DNA of 64,000 nt from an uncultured Bifidobacterium sp. (lineage in GTDB: Bacteria > Verrucomicrobiota > Verrucomicrobiia > Limisphaerales > JADJPG01). Positions 45,059 to 52,911 of this stretch are shown here, piece after piece. The notes below the pieces were generated by a model, which searched no databases, was not told where the DNA came from, and was given only the letters and a program-made list of their open reading frames with translations. The first letter of the stretch is position 1. The number at the start of each line of letters is the position of its first letter. The position numbers were made by a program, and so were the translations under genes. The DNA lies in NCBI GenBank assembly GCA_964491875.1, contig CAZBIC010000018.1:37798-101797 (forward strand). The letters run 5' to 3'.

Positions 45059-45280
45059 GCGCCGCACCGTTTTGCGGGAACACTGCCTGCAAACGGTGGA
45101 CAATAAGTGAGCCGGAGTTTCTCCGAAGCCAGAACTGGCTGCGGGAGCGCGCAGACGGTCGGCTGAATCCAAACGCCAAAAAGAGAATGGCTTTTCCCCG
45201 TCGACTGTTGCTACGTTTCGTCGACCCAGCGACAAGGTTTTGTCGAACAAAGTTTAGCGACGGGTAATCACTGTACAAGG

Positions 45281-48200
45281 ATGCTCACAATCTGCGACCA
45301 GCGTATGAACTACATCACTTATGTTCTTGGAGTTTTCTGCGCGTTGTCATGGATGCTGGCCGGCGCCGGCTTGGCTCAGGCTCAACCAAGTTTGCGAGTA
45401 GAGCCGCAGACGCTCGTTTTCGATTCCGTCGGCAATCGGACCATCTATGTGGAGCTCGACTGGATGGAAGCGCCCGACCATTCCCACAAGCCATCGCAGG
45501 AAGTGCTCGACCGTATTGTGCGCACGTTCGCCGCCGAGGGCTACAGCATCGTGATCGAGTTGGGCAATGCGATTCCTCATCAGGATAACCTCGAGATCAC
45601 CGGCAGTCCTTCTGGTTCGCCTGATATCCAGGCCATCCGGAACGAACATTTCGCTCATCGGTTCGACCCTCGGTACTTCTACAGCATCTGGGCTCACCGG
45701 TATAACGACACCGGCAGTTCTGGGATTGCGGATCTCCCCGGTCGCATTCATCTGGTCACACTGGGATCGTTTCCAGGACAAGTAGGCACCTTTGCCCACC
45801 AGGTGGGGACGTTTATTCATGAGTTCGGCCACAACCTCGGTCAACGGCACGGAGGCGCGGATCATTCGAACTATAAACCCAATTATGTCAGCGTGATGAA
45901 CTATCACTTTCAGCTGAGCGGAATTGGACCGGTGCTCCAGGCGCTTGGCCTGGTGAATGGCTCCCAAGGTTTCAATGACTTCGGCTATTCTCACGGAGCG
46001 CTCCCACCCCTGAATGAAAACAGCCTGGACGAGCGCGTGGGGATTGGCTTGGGACGGGCAGTGGATTGGAACTGCGACGGCGACGCGACGGACTTCAATT
46101 TCGCCCGGGATCTTCAGGAGAATGGAAATTGGTGTTCGCCGTCGACCAGCCTGTCCATTCTGTCGGACTTCGACAATTGGACGAGTATCAACGACTTCAT
46201 TCCGGCAGGCGCTTTTAGATCTGCCAGTTTTGAGGCCGCACCTTCGGAACCTTCGGAGACTTGCATCGACTGGGAACAGCATCAGGCGATGCTGCGTGAG
46301 CTTGGGCCCTTGGCTGAACCATCGCCGCCGCCCGCCGCCAGAATCTCCGCCGCTGCTGGCGACTCCGGCCCGGGCTTCATGATCTACAACGACGGGACAG
46401 CGAATCTGACGGTGAGCGCGATTAACAGAGTGACTCCGGCGGCCTGGATCGGGTGGACGCCGCAACCGCCATTTGTCATCCCCCCAGGTGGGTCGCGACT
46501 GGTGGTTGTCACGGTCGATTTCACCCAGGCTCCGGTCGGTACCAGCACGCGCGAGCTTGCGATTGCTTCAAACGATCCAGACGGAGGCACAAACGTCAGC
46601 GTGGTCGTTGTGAACCAGGCCTCCACGGCGAATCTCTTCGTCCGCCAAAGAGAGAGCGCCGATCCGGCGTCCATCACTTGTCCGCTAACTTACACACTCG
46701 AGGTCGGCAATCGGGGGCCTACGGGGGCGACCGGCGTGCTGGTGACCAATGAACTTCCAGCGGGCGTGACCTTTGATTCCGTCACGAGCTCGCAGGGGAC
46801 GGTTACCCGGAACGGTTCCATCATTGTCGCGGATCTGGGGACAATCCCGTTCGCCAGCAACGCCACCGTCAGCATCACCGTGATCCCGACCAGAACATCG
46901 TCATTGACGAACCGCGCAGAGGTTACGTCTGCACAGACCGATCCCGATCCGACGGATAATATCGCGATCGAAACGACCACCGCCTTTGTGGATAACACGG
47001 GGCCGGTCCTTCTGGCGGCGGCGGCGGAACCTGACGGCCGTTCGGTGATTTTGACCTTCTCGGAGCCAATCTCTCCGACGGGTCTTAATCTCGATCGATA
47101 CTCGGTGATGGACGGCGCCACCAACTTGGTGCCGGTGGAAACGGTGCAGGCGGGTCCGTTGCCAAACCGGGTCGAGCTCAAGCTAAATCTCCTGACCCGC
47201 ATGGGGCCTTTCGCGGTCCGCGTCACCAACATCACGGACTGCATCGGCAATCCGACGCCGCCGACTGCCGGAGACGTTTACGTCGCGTTGCCCTCCTTTA
47301 CTTTCGTGGCCGCCGGTTCTTCGTGGAAGTATCTCGACAATGGCTCCGACCAGGGTGTCGCGTGGCGCGGACTGGCTTTTGACGATCGCAACTGGTCCAC
47401 CGGCCCGGCCCAGTTGGGCTACGGGGATGGCGACGAACAAACCGAAATCGGCTTTGGCGGAAATCCCAACGCCAAGTTTATCACCACTTACTTCAGGAAG
47501 ACGTTTGTGCTGGAGGACGCGACCAAGCTGACGAATGCCGTCATTCATCTTTTGCGCGACGATGGTGCCGCCGCTTACCTGAATGGAACGCAGGTGGTGC
47601 GCAGCAACCTCGCGGCGAACGCCACCAGCACCACTCCCGCGGCGAGCTCGATAAGTCAGGAGGACGAAACCGCTTTCTTCTCCACCCGGATAAACAGCGG
47701 ACTGCTGCAAACTGGCACCAACGTCCTCGCCGTCGAAGTCCACCAGTCCTCCGCGACAAGTTCGGATCTTAGCTTTGATTTGGCGCTGACGGCCGAGCTT
47801 CGGCTCGCGGCGGTGAGACCCGCAATTGTCCAGCATCCTGAAAGCCAGATGGCTTTGGTGGGAGACACCGTCTCATTCAGCGTCGCAGCGACCGGAACGC
47901 CTCCGTTGCACTACCGTTGGCGATTCAACAACAGCTTCCTTCCATCCATCCAGCCGCAGACATCGACCCTCACACTTACCAATGTTCAGCTGACGAACGC
48001 CGGTCTCTACACCGTCCTCGTCACCAACAGCGCGAGCGCCGTGGGAGTCCTGAGCGGGCGCGGGACACTCCAAATCATGACTGATGGCGATGGTGATCGA
48101 ATGGGTGATGCGTGGGAAGTTCAGCACGGATTCAATACCAACGACGTGTCAGACGCTGTCGGCGATGTGGATGAAGACGGCACGAGCAATCGTGAAGAAT

Positions 48201-48466
48201 TCCTGGCTGGCACCGACCCTCGCGACCCCGGAAGCTTCCTGAAAATCGATTCGATCGCGGCGCTGACGAACTCGATTCGCCTTGGGTTCACAGCAGTTTC
48301 TAATCGCAGCTACAGCGTCCTCTATCGCGAGAGTTCCGCGGTCGCTCCGTGGCGACGTCTTACGAATTCTCCGGGCCTCGCCACCAACCGGATCGAAACC
48401 ATTCTCGATGTGCAGGGAACGAACCGGCATCGCTGGTACCGGCTGGTCACACCGAAGGTGCCTTAA
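45281..48466 (+). CDS. Multidomain secreted protein with an N-terminal metzincin-like domain and a C-terminal FYRL-type domain
   Basis: The metzincin motif is HEFGHNLGQRHGG. The DUF11-like segment is LTYTLEVGNRGPTGATGVLVTNELPAGVTF. It also has a W.YLDNGSDQG...LGYGDGDE...YFRKTF...LAVEVHQSSATSSDLSFDL jelly-roll, an Ig segment LHYRWRFNN...GLYTVLVTN, a thrombospondin-3-like Asp-rich linker DGDGDRMGDAWE...DEDGTSNREEFLAGTDP, and the ending ...HRWYRLVTPKVP. The start is probably the Met at 45305. Confidence 0.8.
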   Translation: MLTICDQRMNYITYVLGVFCALSWMLAGAGLAQAQPSLRVEPQTLVFDSVGNRTIYVELDWMEAPDHSHKPSQEVLDRIVRTFAAEGYSIVIELGNAIPHQDNLEITGSPSGSPDIQAIRNEHFAHRFDPRYFYSIWAHRYNDTGSSGIADLPGRIHLVTLGSFPGQVGTFAHQVGTFIHEFGHNLGQRHGGADHSNYKPNYVSVMNYHFQLSGIGPVLQALGLVNGSQGFNDFGYSHGALPPLNENSLDERVGIGLGRAVDWNCDGDATDFNFARDLQENGNWCSPSTSLSILSDFDNWTSINDFIPAGAFRSASFEAAPSEPSETCIDWEQHQAMLRELGPLAEPSPPPAARISAAAGDSGPGFMIYNDGTANLTVSAINRVTPAAWIGWTPQPPFVIPPGGSRLVVVTVDFTQAPVGTSTRELAIASNDPDGGTNVSVVVVNQASTANLFVRQRESADPASITCPLTYTLEVGNRGPTGATGVLVTNELPAGVTFDSVTSSQGTVTRNGSIIVADLGTIPFASNATVSITVIPTRTSSLTNRAEVTSAQTDPDPTDNIAIETTTAFVDNTGPVLLAAAAEPDGRSVILTFSEPISPTGLNLDRYSVMDGATNLVPVETVQAGPLPNRVELKLNLLTRMGPFAVRVTNITDCIGNPTPPTAGDVYVALPSFTFVAAGSSWKYLDNGSDQGVAWRGLAFDDRNWSTGPAQLGYGDGDEQTEIGFGGNPNAKFITTYFRKTFVLEDATKLTNAVIHLLRDDGAAAYLNGTQVVRSNLAANATSTTPAASSISQEDETAFFSTRINSGLLQTGTNVLAVEVHQSSATSSDLSFDLALTAELRLAAVRPAIVQHPESQMALVGDTVSFSVAATGTPPLHYRWRFNNSFLPSIQPQTSTLTLTNVQLTNAGLYTVLVTNSASAVGVLSGRGTLQIMTDGDGDRMGDAWEVQHGFNTNDVSDAVGDVDEDGTSNREEFLAGTDPRDPGSFLKIDSIAALTNSIRLGFTAVSNRSYSVLYRESSAVAPWRRLTNSPGLATNRIETILDVQGTNRHRWYRLVTPKVP

Positions 48467-48531
48467 TCCGTTCCGATGCGCCAAACCGCCTGACCCCATG
48501 CGCAGTTGTTTCGCCCCTCTCGAAAATGTGA

Positions 48532-49243
48532 CATGGAGATCCTGATACCGAGCGGTCCCACGTTCCGCTCTCAAAATGGCTGAGGGCTTTGTTTCTTCTG
48601 GGCCCGTCCAAGAAATCCCTCAGTGCTAGTCAGATTCACCGGATGATCGGCGTGACCTACAGGACGGCCTGGTTCATGTATCATCGAATTCGTTTTGCGA
48701 TGACACGCAATCAGGGGCGGAGCCGAGGTTGCAGTGGACGGTGGAGGTGGACGAGACATTCGTGGGCCCCAGAGCCAGGCCCAAGACGCCCGTGGTCGCG
48801 CTCATCGAGCGCTGTGGTCTGGCCCGCGTGAAAGTGATTGCCTCGGTCACGCAAAAGAACCTCGGCGCGGCGTTGGGTGAATGCGTGAGCCGTGAAGCCA
48901 CGGTGAACACGGACGAGCACCCCGGCTACAAGAACCCGTTGAAGCACTGGAAAGAACATAACACGGTCCCTCACTCGCGCGGAGAATACCAGCGCCACAA
49001 CCAGGATGGTTCGAGGGCCTCGACCAATACGGCCGAATCGATCTTTTCCCTGTTCAAACGAGCCATCATCAGAGCCTGGCATCACATCTCCGGGAGCACC
49101 TGGCCCGCTACGCCAACGAATTCGCCTTCCGCTGGAACACGCGCCACGACACCGATGGCCAGCGCCTGGGAAAGTTTCTCCAGCGGATCGAGGGCAAACG
49201 GCTCACTTATCGCCAGGCCTCCCTCCCTTTATGCGTTTGTTAA
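48532..49243 (+). pseudogene. IS1595-family (ISXO2-like DDE) transposase remnant, N-terminally truncated with at least two frameshifts
   Basis: Frame a reads ...HVPLSKWLRALFLLGPSKKSLSASQIHRMIGVTYRTAWFMYHRIRFAM. Frame b reads VEVDETFVG...VNTDEHPGYKN...HNTVPHSRGEYQ...NTAESIFSLFKRAII. Frame c reads HLREHLARYANEFAFRWNTRHDTDGQRL..IEGKRLTYRQA. The zinc-ribbon N-terminus is missing. Confidence 0.8.
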
Positions 49244-49355
49244 GGATATAATCCCGAATAGTGGAGTAACCATAACTGGTGACTGGCTGGGGAAGGAGAT
49301 TCGGTTACTTTGACGACGTGTTACACGCTTGGTTCTCAGGTGTATTTGTGTGAAG

Positions 49356-49388
49356 AGGCCGGACCTGTTGTCCGGCCTTTCGTTTTTT
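49356..49388 (+). terminator. Canonical rho-independent terminator
   Basis: It has a 9-bp stem AGGCCGGAC, loop CTGTT, second arm GTCCGGCCT, followed by TTCGTTTTTT. Confidence 0.7.
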
Positions 49389-49453
49389 CCAAGGGGTGGT
49401 TTTCCGGCGGCGGGTGGCCATGAAGCGGGCAAATCACGGTCACAAGGCTGGCT

Positions 49454-49469
49454 TGTGAAAAAATTCACG
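49454..49469. promoter_or_regulatory. CRP/FNR-family-like site TGTGA-N6-TCACG upstream of nuoB
   Basis: The sequence is TGTGAAAAAATTCACG, matching 9 of 10 half-site positions of TGTGA-N6-TCACA. It lies 82-97 nt upstream of the nuoB ATG, in an AT-richer stretch. Confidence 0.35.
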
Positions 49470-49550
49470 AATTAACCTTGCCTGACTTTTTTTGGCTGAT
49501 TAGCTTCCCAAAGTTGGTCGGCGCGGTCTTCCTCCGGGGCGCCTCTCCTT

Positions 49551-50105
49551 ATGCAGAACAACGCTGAATTCGGCTATAATTCGAAAATCGAAGGCGACGT
49601 CATTGTGACGCGGGTCGATGCGGCTTTGAACTGGTTCCGCAAGAATTCCCTGTGGCCGATGCCGATGGGGCTGGCGTGTTGCGCGATTGAGTTGATGGCA
49701 TCAGGTGCGAGCCGGTTTGATATTTCGCGGTTTGGTTCGGAGGTGATGCGGTTTTCGCCCCGTCAGTCAGATGTAATGATCGTGGCGGGGACGGTGACTT
49801 ACAAGATGGCGCTGTCCGTGAAGCGGATCTACGACCAGATGGCGGAGCCGAAGTGGGTAATCGCGATGGGCGCATGCGCTTCGACGGGCGGTATGTATCG
49901 CAGCTACGCGGTGCTGCAGGGTGTGGACAACATCATCCCCGTGGATGTGTATGTGGCGGGTTGCCCGCCCCGGCCGGAGTCTTTGCTCGACGCGTTGGTG
50001 AAGATGCAGAACAAGGTGGCCCGCCAGCCGGTCGTGGAGGAACTGGAGATTACCAACATCCTTCGCGCAAAGAAGGATCGCCGGTCAAAGGTTAGCGCCA
50101 CCTGA
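49551..50105 (+). CDS. nuoB: NADH-quinone oxidoreductase subunit B
   Basis: [13 protein letters not shown]...GACASTGG...[13 protein letters not shown] (N2 cluster cysteines). Confidence 0.95.
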   Translation: MQNNAEFGYNSKIEGDVIVTRVDAALNWFRKNSLWPMPMGLACCAIELMASGASRFDISRFGSEVMRFSPRQSDVMIVAGTVTYKMALSVKRIYDQMAEPKWVIAMGACASTGGMYRSYAVLQGVDNIIPVDVYVAGCPPRPESLLDALVKMQNKVARQPVVEELEITNILRAKKDRRSKVSAT

Positions 50106-50146
50106 ACGACGCTCTCCACGCTCAACTCATACGAATCTAAGCAACC

Positions 50147-50722
50147 GTGTCCGCCATTGAATCAGCCCAGAAGTTGAAAGCGCAGTTCGGAGATTTTATC
50201 TCCGAGCCGAGCGAGTTTCGTGGTGAAACGACGGTCAAGATTACCGACGCCGAAAAAATCGCCGACGTGTGCGCCTTCGCAAAGAAGGATCTAGGGTTCG
50301 ATTACCTGATCGACATCAGCAGCGTGGACAATTACGGCGAAGACCCGCGTTGGACGGTGGTTTACGAGCTGAGCAAGCTCGCCGGGAACATCCATCTGCG
50401 CCTGAAGACGGACGTGAGCGAGGAGAAGTCCGAGCTGCCGACGGTGACGGGCGTGTGGCGCACGGCGGACTGGCACGAGCGCGAGATTTACGACATGATG
50501 GGCGTCCGCTTTCGTGGGCATCCCGACCTGCGCCGCATCCTGATGTGGGAGGGTTATCCCTATTTCCCGCTACGAAAGGATTTCCCGCTGGCCGGCAAGC
50601 CGAGCGAGATGCCGGACGTGGCGTTCAGCAAGCCCGCGCCGCTCGAAGGCGGTCCGTTTGTGACGGTCGCTGGCGGCAAAGATTCCCTAGCCCGCGAGCC
50701 GCGAGTGCGGACGCCGGAGTAG
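50147..50722 (+). CDS. nuoC: NADH-quinone oxidoreductase subunit C
   Basis: ADWHEREIYDMMGVRFRGHPDLRRILMWEGYPYFPLRKDFPL. It has a GTG start. Confidence 0.95.
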   Translation: MSAIESAQKLKAQFGDFISEPSEFRGETTVKITDAEKIADVCAFAKKDLGFDYLIDISSVDNYGEDPRWTVVYELSKLAGNIHLRLKTDVSEEKSELPTVTGVWRTADWHEREIYDMMGVRFRGHPDLRRILMWEGYPYFPLRKDFPLAGKPSEMPDVAFSKPAPLEGGPFVTVAGGKDSLAREPRVRTPE

Positions 50723-50726
50723 CCGC

Positions 50727-51002
50727 ATGGAGCTTCCGGAAGACAAGCGAGCAGCGATTCTGGAAGCAATCTACGGCGGTTCACCGCGCAAGATCGAAGC
50801 GATCAAGCTGGTGCGCGAAGCGACAGGGTGCGGCTTGAAGGAAGCGAAAGAGTTTGTCGAGAAGCTCGGCGCGGAACTCTACGCGAAAGAGCCGGCGAGA
50901 TTTACCGCGGCACCGACGGGCAAGAGTGGTTGCGTGGGTGTGGTGATGCTGGTCGCGGTGATTTTCGGTGTGGCAGCGATAGTGGTGAAGATGTTGGTCT
51001 GA
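50727..51002 (+). CDS. Small membrane-anchored protein with a ribosomal L7/L12 C-terminal-domain-like motif
   Basis: The product is 91 aa. KIEAIKLVREATGCGLKEAKEFVEKL resembles the L7/L12 CTD ([24 protein letters not shown]). The C-terminal TM segment is VGVVMLVAVIFGVAAIVVKMLV. It lies 4 nt after nuoC and 14 nt before nuoD. Confidence 0.65.
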   Translation: MELPEDKRAAILEAIYGGSPRKIEAIKLVREATGCGLKEAKEFVEKLGAELYAKEPARFTAAPTGKSGCVGVVMLVAVIFGVAAIVVKMLV

Positions 51003-51016
51003 GATTTTTTCAGCGA

Positions 51017-52294
51017 ATGGCAAACGTTCAAGACATTGAATTTCGCGAAGCAGCGGGTCGCGCGGCGGAAGCTGCGGCTTCCGGCGAAATGCGCGATCTC
51101 GAAGGTGAGAAGATGGTCCTCAACATGGGGCCGTCGCACCCGTCCACCCACGGCGTGTTGCGCATCCTGCTGGAGATGGACGGCGAGATCATCACCAAGG
51201 CGATGCCGGACATCGGCTACCTCCATCGCGGTGACGAGAAGATCGCGGAGAACATGACTTACACCCAGTTCATTCCTTACACGGATCGACTGGATTACCT
51301 CGCGCCGCTGGCCAGCAACGTCGCCTACGCGATCGCGGTCGAGAAGCTGATGGGCATCGACAAGCAGCTCCCGCCGCGGTGCCAGTATATCCGCGTGATT
51401 TGCTGTGAGCTCGCGCGCATCTCGGCGCACCTGCTCGGCGTGGGCTGTTTCGCGATGGATGTCGGTGCGTTGACCGTGTTCATGCACACGTTCACGGAAC
51501 GCGAGAAGCTTTACAATTTGTTCGAGGCGTTGACCGGCGCGCGCTTTACAACGAGCTACACCCGTATTGGCGGCGTAGCGCGGGACATCCCGCCGGGCTG
51601 GGTAGATCAAGTCCGCAAGTTCCTCAACGAAGTCGTCGTAAACATTAACGAGACGGAAACGCTACTCACGCGCAACCGCATCTGGGTGGACCGCACGCGT
51701 GACGTCGGCATCATCTCTAAGGAGATGGCGATTGATTACGGCCTGAGCGGTCCGAACCTGCGCGCCAGCGGCATCGATCACGATTTGCGCAAGGCGGCTC
51801 CGTATCTTTGCTACGCGGATTTGCAGTTCGACATTCCGATCGGTTCTGTCGGCGACAGCTACGATCGTTACCTCGTGCGGATGGAAGAGATGCGCCAGAG
51901 CGTGCGCATCGTGCATCAGTGCCTCGACAAGCTGCCGGGCGGCGCGGACAACAAGTCTGGCGAGCCGGTGAGCATTCCCGATGGCAAGACGGTGTTGCCG
52001 CCAAAGAACAAGGTGCTCACGAGCATGGAGGAACTGATTCATCAGTTCATGATCGTGACGCAGGGCGTGAACGCGCCGGCGGGCGAAGTTTATTTCGGCC
52101 ACGAGAATCCGAAGGGCGAGCTGGGCTTCTACATCAACAGCCGAGGCGGCGGCACGCCGTACCGGATGAAGATCCGCTCTCCCTCGTTCGTGAACCTCAG
52201 CATTCTGCCGGCGCTGCTGCCCGGTCACATGATGAGCGACGTCGTGACGATCTTGGGCTCCGTGGATTTCGTAATGGGAGAATGCGACCGATGA
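51017..52294 (+). CDS. nuoD: NADH-quinone oxidoreductase subunit D
   Basis: The start is taken at MANVQD (51017). The track ORF from 50828 overlaps the small ORF in another frame. Motifs are LNMGPSHPSTHGVLR and GYLHRG.EK. Confidence 0.95.
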   Translation: MANVQDIEFREAAGRAAEAAASGEMRDLEGEKMVLNMGPSHPSTHGVLRILLEMDGEIITKAMPDIGYLHRGDEKIAENMTYTQFIPYTDRLDYLAPLASNVAYAIAVEKLMGIDKQLPPRCQYIRVICCELARISAHLLGVGCFAMDVGALTVFMHTFTEREKLYNLFEALTGARFTTSYTRIGGVARDIPPGWVDQVRKFLNEVVVNINETETLLTRNRIWVDRTRDVGIISKEMAIDYGLSGPNLRASGIDHDLRKAAPYLCYADLQFDIPIGSVGDSYDRYLVRMEEMRQSVRIVHQCLDKLPGGADNKSGEPVSIPDGKTVLPPKNKVLTSMEELIHQFMIVTQGVNAPAGEVYFGHENPKGELGFYINSRGGGTPYRMKIRSPSFVNLSILPALLPGHMMSDVVTILGSVDFVMGECDR

Positions 52295-52782
52295 GTTTCA
52301 CCGTTCCAGCCAAGCTCGAGGCCGAAATCGACGAGCTGATTACACATTATCCGGCCGACAAAAAGCGGAGCGCCTCGCTCATGCTGCTGCACGCGCTGCA
52401 GGAACACTTCGGCTGGCTCTCGAAGGACGCCATCGAGTGGACCGCGAAGAAGCTCGGCCTCCAGCCGATCAATGTCTTCGAGCTGGTCACGTTCTACCCG
52501 ATGTTCCGCCAGCAACCGGCGGGCAAATACGTGATCAAAGTCTGTCGCACGTTGAGCTGCGCGCTCGGCGGATCCGGCAAGCTGCACGAACATTTCTGCA
52601 CGAAGCTCGGTCTCGACGCGCACGCGCATGGGTTACAGACGACAACGGACGGGAAGTTCTCCGTCGAGTTTGTCGAATGCCTCGCGAGCTGCGGCACGGC
52701 GCCGGTGATGATGTGCAACGAGGAGTTTTACGAGGGCGTCTCGCACGCGAAGGCGGACGAGATTTTAGGGAAGTGCAAATGA
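52291..52782 (+). CDS. nuoE: NADH-quinone oxidoreductase subunit E
   Basis: The start is at 52291 (MSFTVPAK), with an ATGA overlap with nuoD. The 2Fe-2S cysteines are CRTLSC...CLASCGTAP. Confidence 0.95.
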   Translation: MSFTVPAKLEAEIDELITHYPADKKRSASLMLLHALQEHFGWLSKDAIEWTAKKLGLQPINVFELVTFYPMFRQQPAGKYVIKVCRTLSCALGGSGKLHEHFCTKLGLDAHAHGLQTTTDGKFSVEFVECLASCGTAPVMMCNEEFYEGVSHAKADEILGKCK

Positions 52783-52784
52783 TT

Positions 52785-52858
52785 TGGTTGCCCGACATGG
52801 ATTTGAACCATGACAAACAGATTCAGAGTCTGCTGTGCTACCGTTACACCATCGGGCA
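52785..52858 (-). tRNA. tRNA-Gln (anticodon CUG), CCA encoded
   Basis: I folded a manual cloverleaf on the minus strand: TGCCCGA TG GTGT AACGGTA GCAC A GCAGA CTCTGAA TCTGT TTGT CATGG TTCAAAT CCATG TCGGGCA A CCA. It has a 7-bp acceptor stem with U1-A72, U8, A14, GG in the D-loop, U33 and a TTCAAAT T-loop. Confidence 0.9.
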
Positions 52859-52911
52859 ATCCGGTGGAGGCGAAAACGTAAAGATTTCTCACGTAGAGTC
52901 AAGCCGTTGAT

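Noticed and set aside
49244-49550. A search for a nuoA gene or remnant upstream of nuoB.
   Set aside because: - There is no open frame of useful length on the plus strand.
- The only listed ORF, 49229..49468 (-), is non-hydrophobic and lies on the wrong strand.
50828-51016. An N-terminal extension of NuoD, as in the track ORF 50828..52294 (488 aa).
   Set aside because: - The extension is Arg/Gly-rich.
- It overlaps the well-formed L7/L12-like ORF in another frame.
- NuoD homology starts right after the Met at 51017.
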